Assembly (NCBI RefSeq): GCF_046119375.1
Contig: NW_027362764.1
Location: 124,372,001 to 124,436,000 of the forward strand
Origin: Phyllobates terribilis
Taxonomy: Eukaryota
Length of the DNA stretch: 64,000 nucleotides
Reading direction: 5' to 3'
Positions 36,260 through 48,300 of the stretch are shown here, in pieces. Every line of letters begins with the position of its first letter. Position 1 is the stretch's first letter. A program made the translations under genes and the position numbers. The notes beneath the pieces were generated by a model. The model saw nothing but the letters and a program-made list of their open reading frames with translations. It was not told where the DNA came from and did not search any database.

Positions 36260-39200
36260 TTATTCAATCAAACCCAACTTTTTTATTAGTCTCTGGTGTT
36301 TATCAGCATTCAACGCCTTCGTGAATATGTCTGCTGTCATTTCTTCAGTAGGACAATACTCTAACTTCAAGACTCGTTGTTCCTGATGATCTCTCAAGAA
36401 ATGATATTTCACATCAATATGCTTGGTTCTTGGATTGACTCTTTCCATCTGAGCAAGAACAAAACATCCTTGATTGTCCTCTTTCAGTTTTGTTGGTTCC
36501 AACTGTGGTTGTCCTAATTCTGTCAACAATTGTCTTAACCACAGTACTTCTTGACTCGCATGTGCTGCGGCAACATATTCTGCTTCTGTTGAAGACAGTG
36601 TCACAATTGACTGTTTCTTACTTGTCCAACTTATTGGTCCACCTGAGAGAAAAAAAATATGTCCACTGGTAGATCTTCTGTCAGTTGGATCTCCAGCCCA
36701 ATCTGCATCAACATATCCTGTTAAAATGCAATTATCACTTGTGGGTAATTTCAGCTTAACATTGCTTGTTCCTTTCAAATAACGCATTACTCTCTTCACG
36801 GCATTCCAATCAGCTTTATTTGGTTTTGATACCTTTGTACTCAGGATTCCTACTGCTGCTGCGATGTCAGGTCCTGTAACGGTCGCTAGATACAGTAGTT
36901 TTCCTATTGCTGTTCTGTATTCTTCATTATTTGTTAGCATATTTTTTTCACTGTTCATCTCTTTGAGATAATTAGTTTCCATTGGAGACTTTACTGTTTT
37001 TGCATCCTTTAATCCAAATTTTTCTGTTATGTCTTGAATCATGTGATTTTGATTCAGTAGGAAACTTCCGTCTTCTTCTCTTTCTACCTGTATTCCTAGG
37101 TACTGTTTCACATTTCCCAAGTCTTTGATTTCGAAATGTTGCTTCAGGATTTTTAGAATGTTTTCTTTATCCCTTTCTTGTTTAAAACAAATCAAAATGT
37201 CGTCGACATATAGGAGTACATAAATCCATCTATTAATCAGCCTTTTTGTGTACAAGCATGGATCAGCTTTGCTTCTTTGAAATTTTTCATTTGTAAGTAC
37301 TTCTGTGATTTTGTCATTCCACGCTTTAGCTGCTTGCTTTAAACCATATATGCTTTTCTGTAGTTTGCAAACTATGTTTGGATTTCTTTCATCTTTGAAT
37401 CCTGGAGGTTGTTCCATGTAAATGTCTTCTGCTAAATCTCCATTCAGAAAAGCTGTCTTTACATCCAGATGTCTCAGTTCCATCTGTTTCATTGCTGCAA
37501 CTGTAAGTAAAGTTCTTATTGTAGTGTGTTTGACAACTGGAGCAAATGTCTCATCATAGTCTTCTCCATATTTTTGAGAATACCCTTTAGCTACGAGTTT
37601 TCTCGGTATCTTTCAGCTGTGCCATCTGTTTGGTATTTTACTTTAAAAATCCATTTACATCCTATGGCTTTTCTTCCTTCTGGCAAATCTGTTAGTGTCC
37701 ATGTATTTGAATCATGCATGGATTTAATTTCTGTTTCTGTTGCTTCTATCCATTTATTAGCTTCTTCTTCAGGAAGTTTAGATATGTCTTCCCAAGAGGT
37801 AGGCTCATAGATTTTTCTTATGCTTGTCTTGTATGAGAGACGTTTTGGTGGTTTTCCTTTGTTCGCTCTCATTGAACGTCTTGGTTCTGTGTCTGTTTGT
37901 AGTTGTGATTCTTCACTTTCAGTATTTTGTTCTTCATTGATTTCTACTTCTTTCTCATCAGATATTTCTTCAGTTATGTCACTATTGTTTTTCTCATTTT
38001 TTGTTTCAACTGAAATCATAATGTCTTCATTTAAATCTTCAATGAATGTCACACTGTTACTCACCGTAACTGTCTGTTTTGGGATCTAAGATTCTATATC
38101 CTTTGCAATTTTCACTATATCTAACAAATATTCCTTCCATGGATCTGTTTTGAAGTTTGGAACGTTTTTCTGTTGGAATGAATATAAAAACTTTACATCC
38201 AAAAACTTTTAAATGATTGACACTTGGTTTCATACCTTGCCACAGTTCATATGGAGTTTTCGTCAGTTTTCAGGAAAAAAGTCGGTTCTGTAGATATGTA
38301 GCAGTCATTGCTGCCTCACTCCAATATTTCTCTGGTAGTTTGGAATCCGTCAGCATACATCTTATCATTTATGTTAGAGTTCTGTTTTTCCTTTCTGCTA
38401 CTCCATTTTGTTCAGGTGTGTATGGAACAGTTTTCTGGTGTTCTATTCCATTTTGTCTTAAGTAGTCTTCTATTCTGTGACCTGTAAATTCACCTCCATT
38501 ATCACTTCTGATGACAATTGGCTTCCTTTGAAATTTGTTACTTGATCTTGTTACATAGTCTACAAGTTTATCAAAAACTTCACTTTTGTTCTTAATTAAG
38601 TATGTGACTGTGTATCTTGAGTAGTCGTCTATAAAATTCAACATGTATCTATTGCCTCCTGATGTAGTCACTTTCATGGGTCCATATACGTCAGTATGCA
38701 CCAAATCAAGTGGTCTTTCGCTTTTCATCTCACTTTCTTTTGGAATAGATATCCTTGTGACTTTGGATTTTATACAACATTCACATCTTACGGTAATTGA
38801 GCAATTTGATATCTTTAAATCTTTTGTCAATTCTTTTCTCTGTAGTTCCCTTATATTGTCAGGGTGTCTATGTCCTAGACGTCTATGCCACATGTGAATA
38901 CAGTTTTTGTGATCATGTGTACATACCTTCATCGGTTCCTTTGGTGTGTCAAAATGATATAATTGTTCATCTGCCTTGACTTTGGTGATCACCTTGTTTC
39001 CTGCAATAATTGCACACTCATTGTCTTTGAATTTTACTGTAAGTCCTTTTGCTGTTAAACGTTTCACAGATAATAATCCGCCTTCCAATTTTGGAACATA
39101 CAACACATCCTGTACAAGTATCTTTGAATCTTGTCCGAACTTGTTTGAACAATTTAGCATACCTTGTCCGATGCCTTCTGCGGTTATTTTGCTTCCATCT

Positions 39201-41244
39201 GCAAGATAAATGGCTTCTTTCTTATCTAAATCAAGATCAGTAAAGAAATTCTTGTCACTTGTCATATGACTCGTTGCTCCTGAATCAATAAACCAACCAA
39301 GTGATGATTTTTTGTCTGTTACTTTAAATGTGCCATTCCAATTATTCTCACATGAATCGGAAATTGTGTTTTTTACTTTCTGTGTATGCTTTTTATGTTG
39401 TAATTTTTGTTGTTCTGCTTTCCATATGGTACAGTCTTTCTTTAAATGACCTTTTTTCTTACATCTGAAGCATTCTCTTGTCTCTTTATTATAGGGTTTT
39501 TTAAATTCTGTAGTTTTCACTGTCCTTTTCAGTAGAAGAATCATTTCTTTACATAGTAACATAGTTTGTAAAGCCGAATAAAGACTTGCGTCCATCAAGT
39601 TCGACCTGTTAGTTCTGTAATTGCTAAAGTTGATCCAGAGGAGGGCAAAAACCCCAAATGATTTAGCCAATCTTCACCTGAGGAAAAATTCCCTCCCGAC
39701 TCTGAAACCAGCAGTCAGAATAAATCCCTGTATCAACCTACTATTTTATTTTATTTTTAAGTATATGCTGAAATCTGCCTGGTATCTAGAAATGCATCCA
39801 GTCCCCGCTTGAACTGGTGTAGTGAATCCGACATTACCGTCTCCTCAATCAGTGAATTCCATATTCTCACTGCTCTTACCGTAAAGAACCCCTTCCTATG
39901 CTGGTGCTGAAACCTTTTCTCTTCCAGTCTTAGTGAATGCCCTCTTGTTACCGTAATATCCCTCCTTTTGAACAAATCCCTGGCAAGATCTCTATACTGT
40001 CCCCTAACATATTTGTACACATTTATTATGTCCCCTCTCAACCTTCTCTTTTCCAGACTGAATAGTCCTAGTTTTGCCAACCTCTCTGGGTATTGCAGTC
40101 ACTCCATTCCCTTTATTAATTTTGTTGCCCTCCTTTGTACCTTTTCAAGCTCATTTATATCCTTTCTATATATTGGGGCCCATAACTGAGCACAGTATTC
40201 CAAGTGTGGTCTGACCAGTGCTTTGTACAGTGGAAGAACAATGTTCTCATCCTTTGCAGCTATACCTCTTCTGATACATCCCATTACCCTGTTGGCCCTT
40301 ACAGCAGCGGCCTGACTTTGGGTACTCCAATTTAGTTTGCTATCAATTAAGATGCCCAAGTCCTTCTCCATCTCTGAATTCCCCAATGATTTCCCATTCA
40401 GTGAGTACTGGTGACTTCTATTTTTCCTTCCCATATGTATGACCTTACATTTCTCCTCGTTAAACCTCATTTGCCATTTAATGCTCCACCTACCCAGCTT
40501 ATCTAAATCCCTCTGTAGGTCTGCACTGTCCTCTTTTTTATTAATTGTTTTACATAACTTTGTGTCATCTGCAAATATTGATATTTTACTATTTATCCCG
40601 TTGACTATGTCGTTAATAAAGATATTAAATAACATTGGGCCTAGTACAGACCCCTGTGGTACCCCACTAGTGACGCTTTGTTCTTTTCTTCTCTGATATT
40701 CATCTATTATTCTTGTTTTCACAAAATCTAATGTAATGTCAGTTTCTGGTCTCGTCTCAAGGGCATTTATCAAGGCTGTATACGAATCTGGTAAACTGCA
40801 CAATAATATAGCTGCTACATGACTATCTTTAATGTCTTCACCAATAGATCTTAGCTGTGATATCACTTCCATCATTGAGAATATATGCTTCTGCATGTCG
40901 TCATTTGCACTCAATCTCATACTGTAAAGCTTTCTTAATAAAAATAACTTGTGATTCAAGCTAGGTCTTTCATACAGTTTTCTTAATTTTTCCCACATTC
41001 CTTTAGCTGTTTCTTAATTTCTTATATGTATTAATTAAGCATCATCCACTAATAAGCTAATGGTGGCTCTAGCTTGTCTATTCTTCTTATCCCATGTCTG
41101 ATTATCTTGATCTGGTCTTTCTGTAACAATTACTTCCCATAAATCATCCTTAGATAACAACATCTCTACTTTGAATTTCCATAACTGATCATTTTCACTA
41201 TTCAGTTTAGCTACTGTGAATTTCAGTTCTGTGTTACTCATCAT
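36260..41244 (-). pseudogene. Copia gag-pol, disrupted by stops, frameshifts and a CR1 insertion
   Basis: CFRCKKKGHLKKDC knuckle; FIDSGATSHM protease; WHRRLGH; VHTDVYGP, IDDYSRY, SDNGGEF and NGVAERKNR integrase motifs; DVKTAFLNG and LLYVDDIL RT motifs; YVDADWAG and EAEY RNase H motifs. Confidence 0.92.
39551..40680 (-). mobile_element. 5'-truncated CR1 LINE inserted in Copia gag
   Basis: VTSGVPQGSVLGP, IFADDTKL, VRPHLEYC, LFSLEKRRLRGD; CTATGTTACTATGT 3' tail; apparent 6-bp TSD TTCTTT. Confidence 0.9.
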
Positions 41245-42329
41245 CTTTATATAGTCTTACTTGTTTAGAGAGTTGTACTGAAGATATTCTCCTGTTTTTT
41301 TCTTGCTGATAGTTCCTGTATGTCCTGCCTGTGTTGAATTCTCTGTAATTATATCCAGCTCTTGGGATCATGAAATCCTCTGTCACTCTGTATCTGGATT
41401 TATTTCCTTCTGTTTACAGAGCTTATCTGTGTGCTCCGTTATCTGGGGTTATAAACCAGGATCCTCTTGTAGTGCGGGCCTGTAGTGTCTGGGCTTTAGT
41501 GTCTGGGTTCCGGCCTGGGCCCATAACCTGTCGCAGAGTGCATCTTCTTACAGTCACCACTGTACTTACAAGAGCTTCAATCAGCAAGATATCTTGAGTA
41601 AACAGTATTTACTTCATACTGGTTAAACATGAGATACAATTCAGTGTCATACAGTCCGTGTGCTGCTTACATAACACATTCAGGAAAGAAAGGAAAACAC
41701 ACAGGAAGTAAAAACAACCAACAATTGAGAGCTTTTCTCCCCCACATTACAGCAAGCATATAACTATACACACTATCGCCATCTGCTGTCTGGTTAGTAT
41801 AAAGTCCTCCTTTCACTTATAATAAGTCCTAATCTGTTGTATATGCCAACAGTTACTACATGTGCAAAAATAATAATAATAATGTATTATACTGCTCCTA
41901 CAGATAAAAATATGGACATAAGTAGGGATGACCATGACTGAACTTAAATTAATGTCTTTTTCTGGCTGCCTTATCAACTTCTATCCAAAATATACTGTCA
42001 AACTCTCCAAAAGACCTCTCTGAGAGAATCTTCACTAGTCTAGAAAAACATTTTCAATGTTATTTTGGTTAGTTTTTTAAGGCTGCCTGCACATGGTATC
42101 TTTAAAATGCCAGCAGAACCACCGAGTTTTTGCAGTGCATTATGTTCATTTTATGAGGTGCTTTTGGGTCACTTTTTCCAGGTGGAATCTTCCTGAAAAA
42201 GACGACATGTGCACATACCAGATCACTTAGACTTAGTTCACATTTCCATTTACGTATTCCGTTTACAACATGTAGTAGAGTGCAATAAAGGAGGATTCTT
42301 GCAGGATGTGTCAGAGATGAGGAAAGGTT

Positions 42330-43233
42330 GCCATCTGCTGGCCAGAAGAAATAAAGCGGACCCAAGTTATGCCAGAAGAGTTGGAGGGGGAAGAGATTCA
42401 GATGCTGCACCTAATCAGTGGACCTCCCGGAAGGATTTCCTGGATATAAAAGCCCAGCGCGCCAAGACGCATGGAGATTTGGCGCCAGGCTGCAGAATGG
42501 AGCAGACGTGTTCCAAAGGGACCGCAGATCCCAGTGCGGCAGGCCCCAGTTAGAGGCCTATGCTGCATCAGAGTCAGACGCCGCCTGAGAAGTTCTGGAC
42601 TCCTCACAAAAGCGCCCCGAGCCCTGCACGTGTGGCCCAGAGTCAGAACCTGCGCCCCACACAGAGTAAGTTCCTGGGACCAGACGCCGCCAGTCAAGAG
42701 CCGAGGTCTGGATCCCCGCACCCCAAGCGTGAGAGATTACTGTCGACGGTCAAGCCGAAAAGAGCTGAGAGAGGACTGCGACAGGAGAGATGCGCCAGCA
42801 GTAGCGGAGGAATCGAGAAAGTGAACAAGGCCGTCGCTTCCAATTTCCACTCACGATACCACGGACACGGTCACGGACAGTTGGGATTAGGATTTCAAGT
42901 TGGGAGGGGGGCGTTTGGTGCATAGGAGGCTAAACAGGAGCTGATAGACTTTATCCGGAAGAGACTTGCGGCCTAGCGGGAATAACCAGTGACCCCCACT
43001 AGTGCCATACAAAGAGAACTCACATGGTGATTCCCACGACTGGGTGCATCACATTTATGCAGAGAACTTTACCCTTATTAACTGAAACTATTTCTCATTG
43101 TTATTCCAAGTTTTTGTTTATTATCCCTGTTACTAACCCCCTTGCATAACACTTGTTATACATATAAAGTGGTTTTAGCAATCCCTGACTGTTCCCGCCT
43201 TGTGTCTCTGTTGCATCCCGGCACCTGCATTAC
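42330..43233 (+). mobile_element. Probable solo-LTR remnant
   Basis: TATA-like GGATATAAAAG at ~42442, GC-rich body, ends GCATTACA; left boundary uncertain. Confidence 0.4.
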
Positions 43234-43261
43234 AATCAGGCAAAGGAAGTAGAGTCCTGTT

Positions 43262-43436
43262 CAGTCCTGTTACAAATAGAAGCAGAGGGTCCCCATTGAT
43301 TTATATGGGGTACATTTGGTTTCTTTTTACTGTTTGAAGAAATTTTTCTTCCATTCTAAAAATAAGCTGCAAATGAAAATTAGACAGGCTCCATATAAAT
43401 CAACGGGGCCCCTCTGCTTCCGCTTGTAACAGGACT
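43262..43436. mobile_element. Small hairpin MITE
   Basis: ~45-bp inverted arms CCTGTTACAAATAGAAGCAGAGGG...ATTTATATGGGG and CTCCATATAAATC...CCTCTGCTTCCGCTTGTAACAGG. Confidence 0.6.
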
Positions 43437-43534
43437 GCACAGGATCCTATTTCTTTTAGTCTGTTCTAAATGGAATAGGTAAATGGACTTGTGAGCAGCA
43501 TCTTACCTTTATACGGAGGTCAGTTCTTCTAGAG

Positions 43535-44829
43535 CAGGGATGTCAAACTCATATACACAGAGGGCCAAAATAAAAAACTTGGATAAAGTCGCGGGCCAAC
43601 TTTGATATTTATTAGAATTTTTTTTTTTTAAAATGTGTACAACTGAGGAAGTTTTCCGTCGCATCTAATATGGAAACAAAGTTAAAGGGGTTGTCCCACA
43701 AACAAAGTAAATTTTAATTAATAAATCTTAAGAGACAGACCACATTACCAGAGCATTGGGTATTTCCTCGCGGGCAGGGGCGTACAAAGAAATCATGGCG
43801 TCTCATAGCAGAAGTTCTAATCGGGCCCCACCCACCTCCAAAAAAAGTTAATATTCTATGGGGTTACAGAAGAACAAATCCCACAACTTTGCAGCCCTTA
43901 CAAAGTAATTTTCCTCCTATTGAAGCCCCCAGATTGCCCTTTCATTGCCCCCATAAAGTAACACAGTATGATACCTCCAGGGTGAATTCTTCCACAGTAC
44001 ACTCCACACACATAGTATGATGACCCTACTTACTCCACCTCAACTCCCCCAGTAAAGTATGGTGATCCCAACAAAGTATGATGCCCCAAACTTGATTCCC
44101 ATACAGCCCTCCACACAGTATAATAGGCCCCACATAGTCCTCCATTCAGAATACTGGCCCCACATAGTCTTCCATATGGTGTCACGGGCCAAAGTGTCAC
44201 GGGTGTGTCAGGTGTAATAGACAGTCGCTCTGGAACTAGCTGTAGAAGGTCACTGCGCTTGCCATTGCAGACACCTTCTTAATCCTTCTTCCTTTAAGAC
44301 TCAGCGGTGACCTCCCTCCTGCTGCTGATTGACACACCCTTGCATGGGAGTTAAAAACCCTCAGTTTGCTCCAGGCAATTGCCGGTGAGACTTCTATGTA
44401 CAGGCTTGGAGCACTAGCAGTCGGCTAGCGTCTTCTCTGGAGTCCTTTGAGGACAGTTGGCGTTACTCTTCTGGTGTCTGCTCAAGTGGAGTTAATCCCC
44501 TTTGTTTGTATACCTTGTTGTCTCTAGTTTGTAGTGGGGCCTGACCAGTGCTCACCCTTCCCCCTCCCTATCTAGGGCCAAGCTCTAGGGTCATCCAGGG
44601 TTTAGGGTCCTGTTCGGTGATAGGTGTGGAACCTATATAAGGATGGTAAGGTAGGCAGTGTGATATTAGATCTGCCTAGGGGTCTCCACTCCCCCTTTCC
44701 CTAGTGTTTGGGTTTCCTCCCCCTCTTCCCTTCGTGTTGCACTTAGTCTTTCCCACACCTTGCGTGACACAAATATAATCATACTGAGGGCCAGATTTGG
44801 CCTGCAGGCCAGAGTTTGACACATGTATG
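43535..44829. mobile_element. Non-autonomous hAT (Charlie-like) element
   Basis: Termini CAGGGATGTCAAACTC and GAGTTTGACAC; 8-bp TSD TTCTAGAG. Confidence 0.7.
44195..44769. mobile_element. Solo LTR nested in the hAT MITE
   Basis: TGTCACGG...GCGTGACA termini; near-TSD CAAAG/CAAAT. Confidence 0.6.
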
Positions 44830-45901
44830 TTCTAGAGGTTCTTTAACATGAACAGTTACATTTCCCACAATGTGTGGTGATCGCTGTTCACTTCAAACCA
44901 ATCAATGTTTGGTTATTAACAACTTCATGTGTCAGGATTTCTGTTGCCCTTCTAAAGTTTGACCACTAGTGGATGCTATTATTCACTTTAATATTGTTCT
45001 GCAGTTTCACTCCTTACCACTGGAGGCTACTGTTGTGTTCTGCAATTGTCCTTTACCAAGATGGCGAATTCTGAATCTATGGAATCCATTTTGTTTTCTG
45101 TTTGGGCCTACTTAAAGCCGCATCGATCTCTCACTCATTGCTTGAGTATTGTGTCTAGCTGTTAGCCTAGTTTCAGTCTCCAGCTTCTGAACAGTCTTAC
45201 CCAGACTGTTTTACGCATCTACGGATTGTTTCCTACAACTTCTTGCTATCTCCAAAAACTTCTACTACCGCTTGCTGTTCCGGCTTGTGCTCCTTCGACC
45301 ACTGGTTTCCAGCAGTACTACGCCAGTATCGTAACATCATGTTGTAATTATTGCAAGTGTTTCATACAATCAAGCGGTTGTGCTCCTCTCATACATTGTA
45401 CAGTATTGTCCCTGCTTACATAACAGGATGTGCCAACGAAAAACAATGATTTTTAGGTCTGCTTAAAAGATGAGAATTAATGACAAACAATGAAATGATC
45501 AATTGCCCTTTGATAGCTGAGTATGTTTACACTGGAAAAAGATTGTGAGCAAACATTTGTACATGTGATCATAACCTTCATAAAAGGACCTTACGTGGTT
45601 GTTCGATACCTAAAATGCTCTTTATAAACATCTATTTTTAACCCTTAACCATTTTTGTAATTTGCTATATTTTATAATACCCTACTCTTCTCATAATAGG
45701 ACTTATCTCTATATGTGCTTTTTTTTTACTTTTCTTTCTGTAATTGGGAGCATGGTCAGTTCTCCCTTCAATCATCATGCATGGAACAGGAAGTCTTAAG
45801 AGGATGGCGCTGTGGTCACTTACCACAGCTTCTTTCCTCCTCACCCTCTGACATCTGGAATCAATAGCGCTGATAGAAGCTGTGGGAGAGGGTAGTGCTA
45901 G

Positions 45902-47021
45902 TGTGGCGCCCCTGAGGGTTCAGTCGCCACAGAGATACTGCACCTCACCCCGAGGTGTGGTGTCTCCCTTCTCTCAGGTAGGGACGGGAGTGTTGCACGG
46001 AACCCCAACCACCTACATCCAACACAACACTGCTCCAGGCCAGCAGGAGGGGCAAGACGCAATGTAGTTTTCTGCTGAGCCCTGGCCCTGGCTGGAGTAG
46101 GTGGGGAACCAATAGTGGGTGTGGGAGGAGGAAACAGATACACGGAGCACATATATAGTAAGTATATAATAGGAAGCCATATTAGGTCTAGGGGGAATTC
46201 TAGTGAGGGCTGTTCAGAGGAACAGTCCGGGAGCAGAGGCTCAGTCAGAGCTCTGCTCCACAAGTTAGGGCCCAGGATAGAGGCCCCGGAGGGGAGCAGG
46301 GAGCAGGCTCCATTCTACGTAAAGGATCCCAGGGGGTACGGCGCGTGCAGGACGGCACCCGTACACCCCGCTCCTGCCAGGTGTCAGGAAGGATCGGTTG
46401 CTACACTCAAAACCCCAGGGGGTCAGGTTGGTCCCAGATCCGACGTACAGGAAGGACTTCAGCATACCCAAGCGGGAATGAGAGTGGGCAGCGTAGGACA
46501 ACGGTGAGAAGGACCGAGTGTGAAAAAGGTCAAGATAGGAACATATGAAAGTGGGGTTCCGCCAGGCATTCCTAAATTTGCTTGAGAAAGGATTGAACCC
46601 CTGTCCGGTGAACGTAGCGCGGCGAGGGAGGCCTTCACCTGCAAAGTGCATTTGTGAATTGCCTAAGAACTGTAAGTAAAACCTTGGACGACTGCATCGA
46701 ACAGCCTCTGTCTGTTTCTTCACTGGCATCACTGATCCTCACCGCACTACAACGCCCAGCACACCATTCCACCATCTATCTATCTACACTGCCCTGAGGC
46801 CCGCTCCACCTGTGGGGAGCTGTACCATCTTTAGCTGCCTTGTCACCTGCCTCAGAGGACTGCTGCAGCGCTGGTGACCTTCACCAGACACCACAGGTGG
46901 CGTCACGAATTTCTCTGAACTTTATTAGTAATCGCTACCCCTTTTGTGCACTGTCCGCCCTGGGCCAGCCACCATGATATATATACTGTCCCCAAACAGT
47001 AAGGCCCCCGGGGGCGCGACA
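45902..47021 (+). mobile_element. Solo LTR related to the LTRs of the cold-shock-domain element
   Basis: TGTGGCGCCCCTGAGGGTTCAGTCGCCACAGAG...GGGGGCGCGACA; 4-bp TSD CTAG. Confidence 0.88.
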
Positions 47022-47873
47022 CTAGCACACTTCTTCTGTCACTGCCAACCCGCAGCTTGTTTCTCTGAAACAGGACACCATTAGAGTGCGGTGATAGAAA
47101 TAATGTAAGTGACAGCAGCCTGTGTCACTCAACCTGCTTCTATCACCGCCCTGAAATGAATCGTCATCAGTACGTCACAATTTTAGCACTTTTTTTTTGC
47201 TATACTGCATCACATGTGACACCAAATCCCCTTTCCTCTAATCCATGTCCCTTTTTAGCAAAGCCAAGCACTCTTGTCAAACAAGTCACAAAAAGTGTCT
47301 AAAACACATAATTAATGTGGTATAAGTCATAAAAGACAGGGGGATTTTTTATTATACCAAAATTCTGACACATGTAACTTGATAAATGTGTCCCTTTATT
47401 ATAAATTTGTGGGGGTGAGGTACTTCTCTTGTGTGAGTGGAGGAGATTAAAAGGCTAGATTTTCAATGTATGTGGGGTTTCGTAAAATGTTTATAACCCA
47501 GCATCAGATTAAGGAAGTTTAAATGATGATGCAGGGGACCCCGATTATTGATCTATATGGGTCCCAAAACTTTCTAGTCGTTTCCTTGTTATGGATGCTT
47601 CTATTTTACGGAGCCATACAGAGGTACACCAAGAATTAAAGGGACTTGATGTGCTGCATTACAAACTTTGTCATAGGTGAAGTGACCGCGGGCAAGGCTG
47701 CGCGTTGGTATCTATGATCTGGCCCAGCAAGATCCCCACACACAGACTCTATCTTGATAACCGTATCTTTACTTGTATACATTTTTAACACAGCAGAACA
47801 CAATAAATGACAACCGTAAATGTCCACAGCAATAACGTGTACTTATAAGCTGACCTTCACTGTCCCTACTCAC

Positions 47874-48300
47874 CCGTTACCAGTCCTTTACTCCAGAAGG
47901 ATGTGTCCCCCGTCGCAGGCCTGTCTGTCTCTGCAGGAAGGCGTCCCAGCCGAAGAAAAAAAACAGGAACAACAAATTTCGCTGAAAGGAGGGAATACTT
48001 CGGCCTCTCGCCAGAGGTCCCGCTTACAGTCTCTCTGATCCGGATAGCAGCTCTTGTGGATTCCCTTGTGTAGTCCAGACTCCAGTAGTGGGGAGTGTAA
48101 CAGCTGAATCCTTCAGCCGTGCGGAAGCTGGGGAAAGCTCTGAGGAAAAGATGTCAGATAGCAGCAGCCAAGTTGAGAGTATCCTCTACGGCACACCCGA
48201 GGACCTGCACACCGTCTTGGTTCTTTTCACAGACTCTCTCAGACCCTTCGCGCGCTTTTTCCTGCTTCTCACTCTGGTCACGTGACTCTCTAGGGCGGGA
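47874..48300 (-). promoter_or_regulatory. Candidate promoter and non-coding first exon of a minus-strand host gene
   Basis: CpG-rich; palindromic GTCACGTGAC E-box (48277-48286) next to GC box GGGCGGGA; no minus-strand ATG over 47874-48327; strong donor CGG|GTGAGT at 47874/47873. Confidence 0.5.

Larger units (their letters stand above)
30961..41851 (-). mobile_element. Full-length Ty1/Copia LTR retrotransposon (degenerate), with nested Gypsy and CR1 insertions
   Basis: 323-bp LTRs TG...CA (41529-41851; 30961-31203 plus 36159-36238) differing at about 5 positions; 5-bp TSD GTTAC; PBS GGTTATGGGCCCAG (41515-41528); PPT TGAGAAAGGG; domain order gag-PR-IN-RT-RH. Confidence 0.95.

Noticed and set aside
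44928-45438. Possible additional solo LTR (BEL- or Gypsy-like)
   Set aside because: The termini are imperfect and no matching TSD was found, so boundaries could not be supported.
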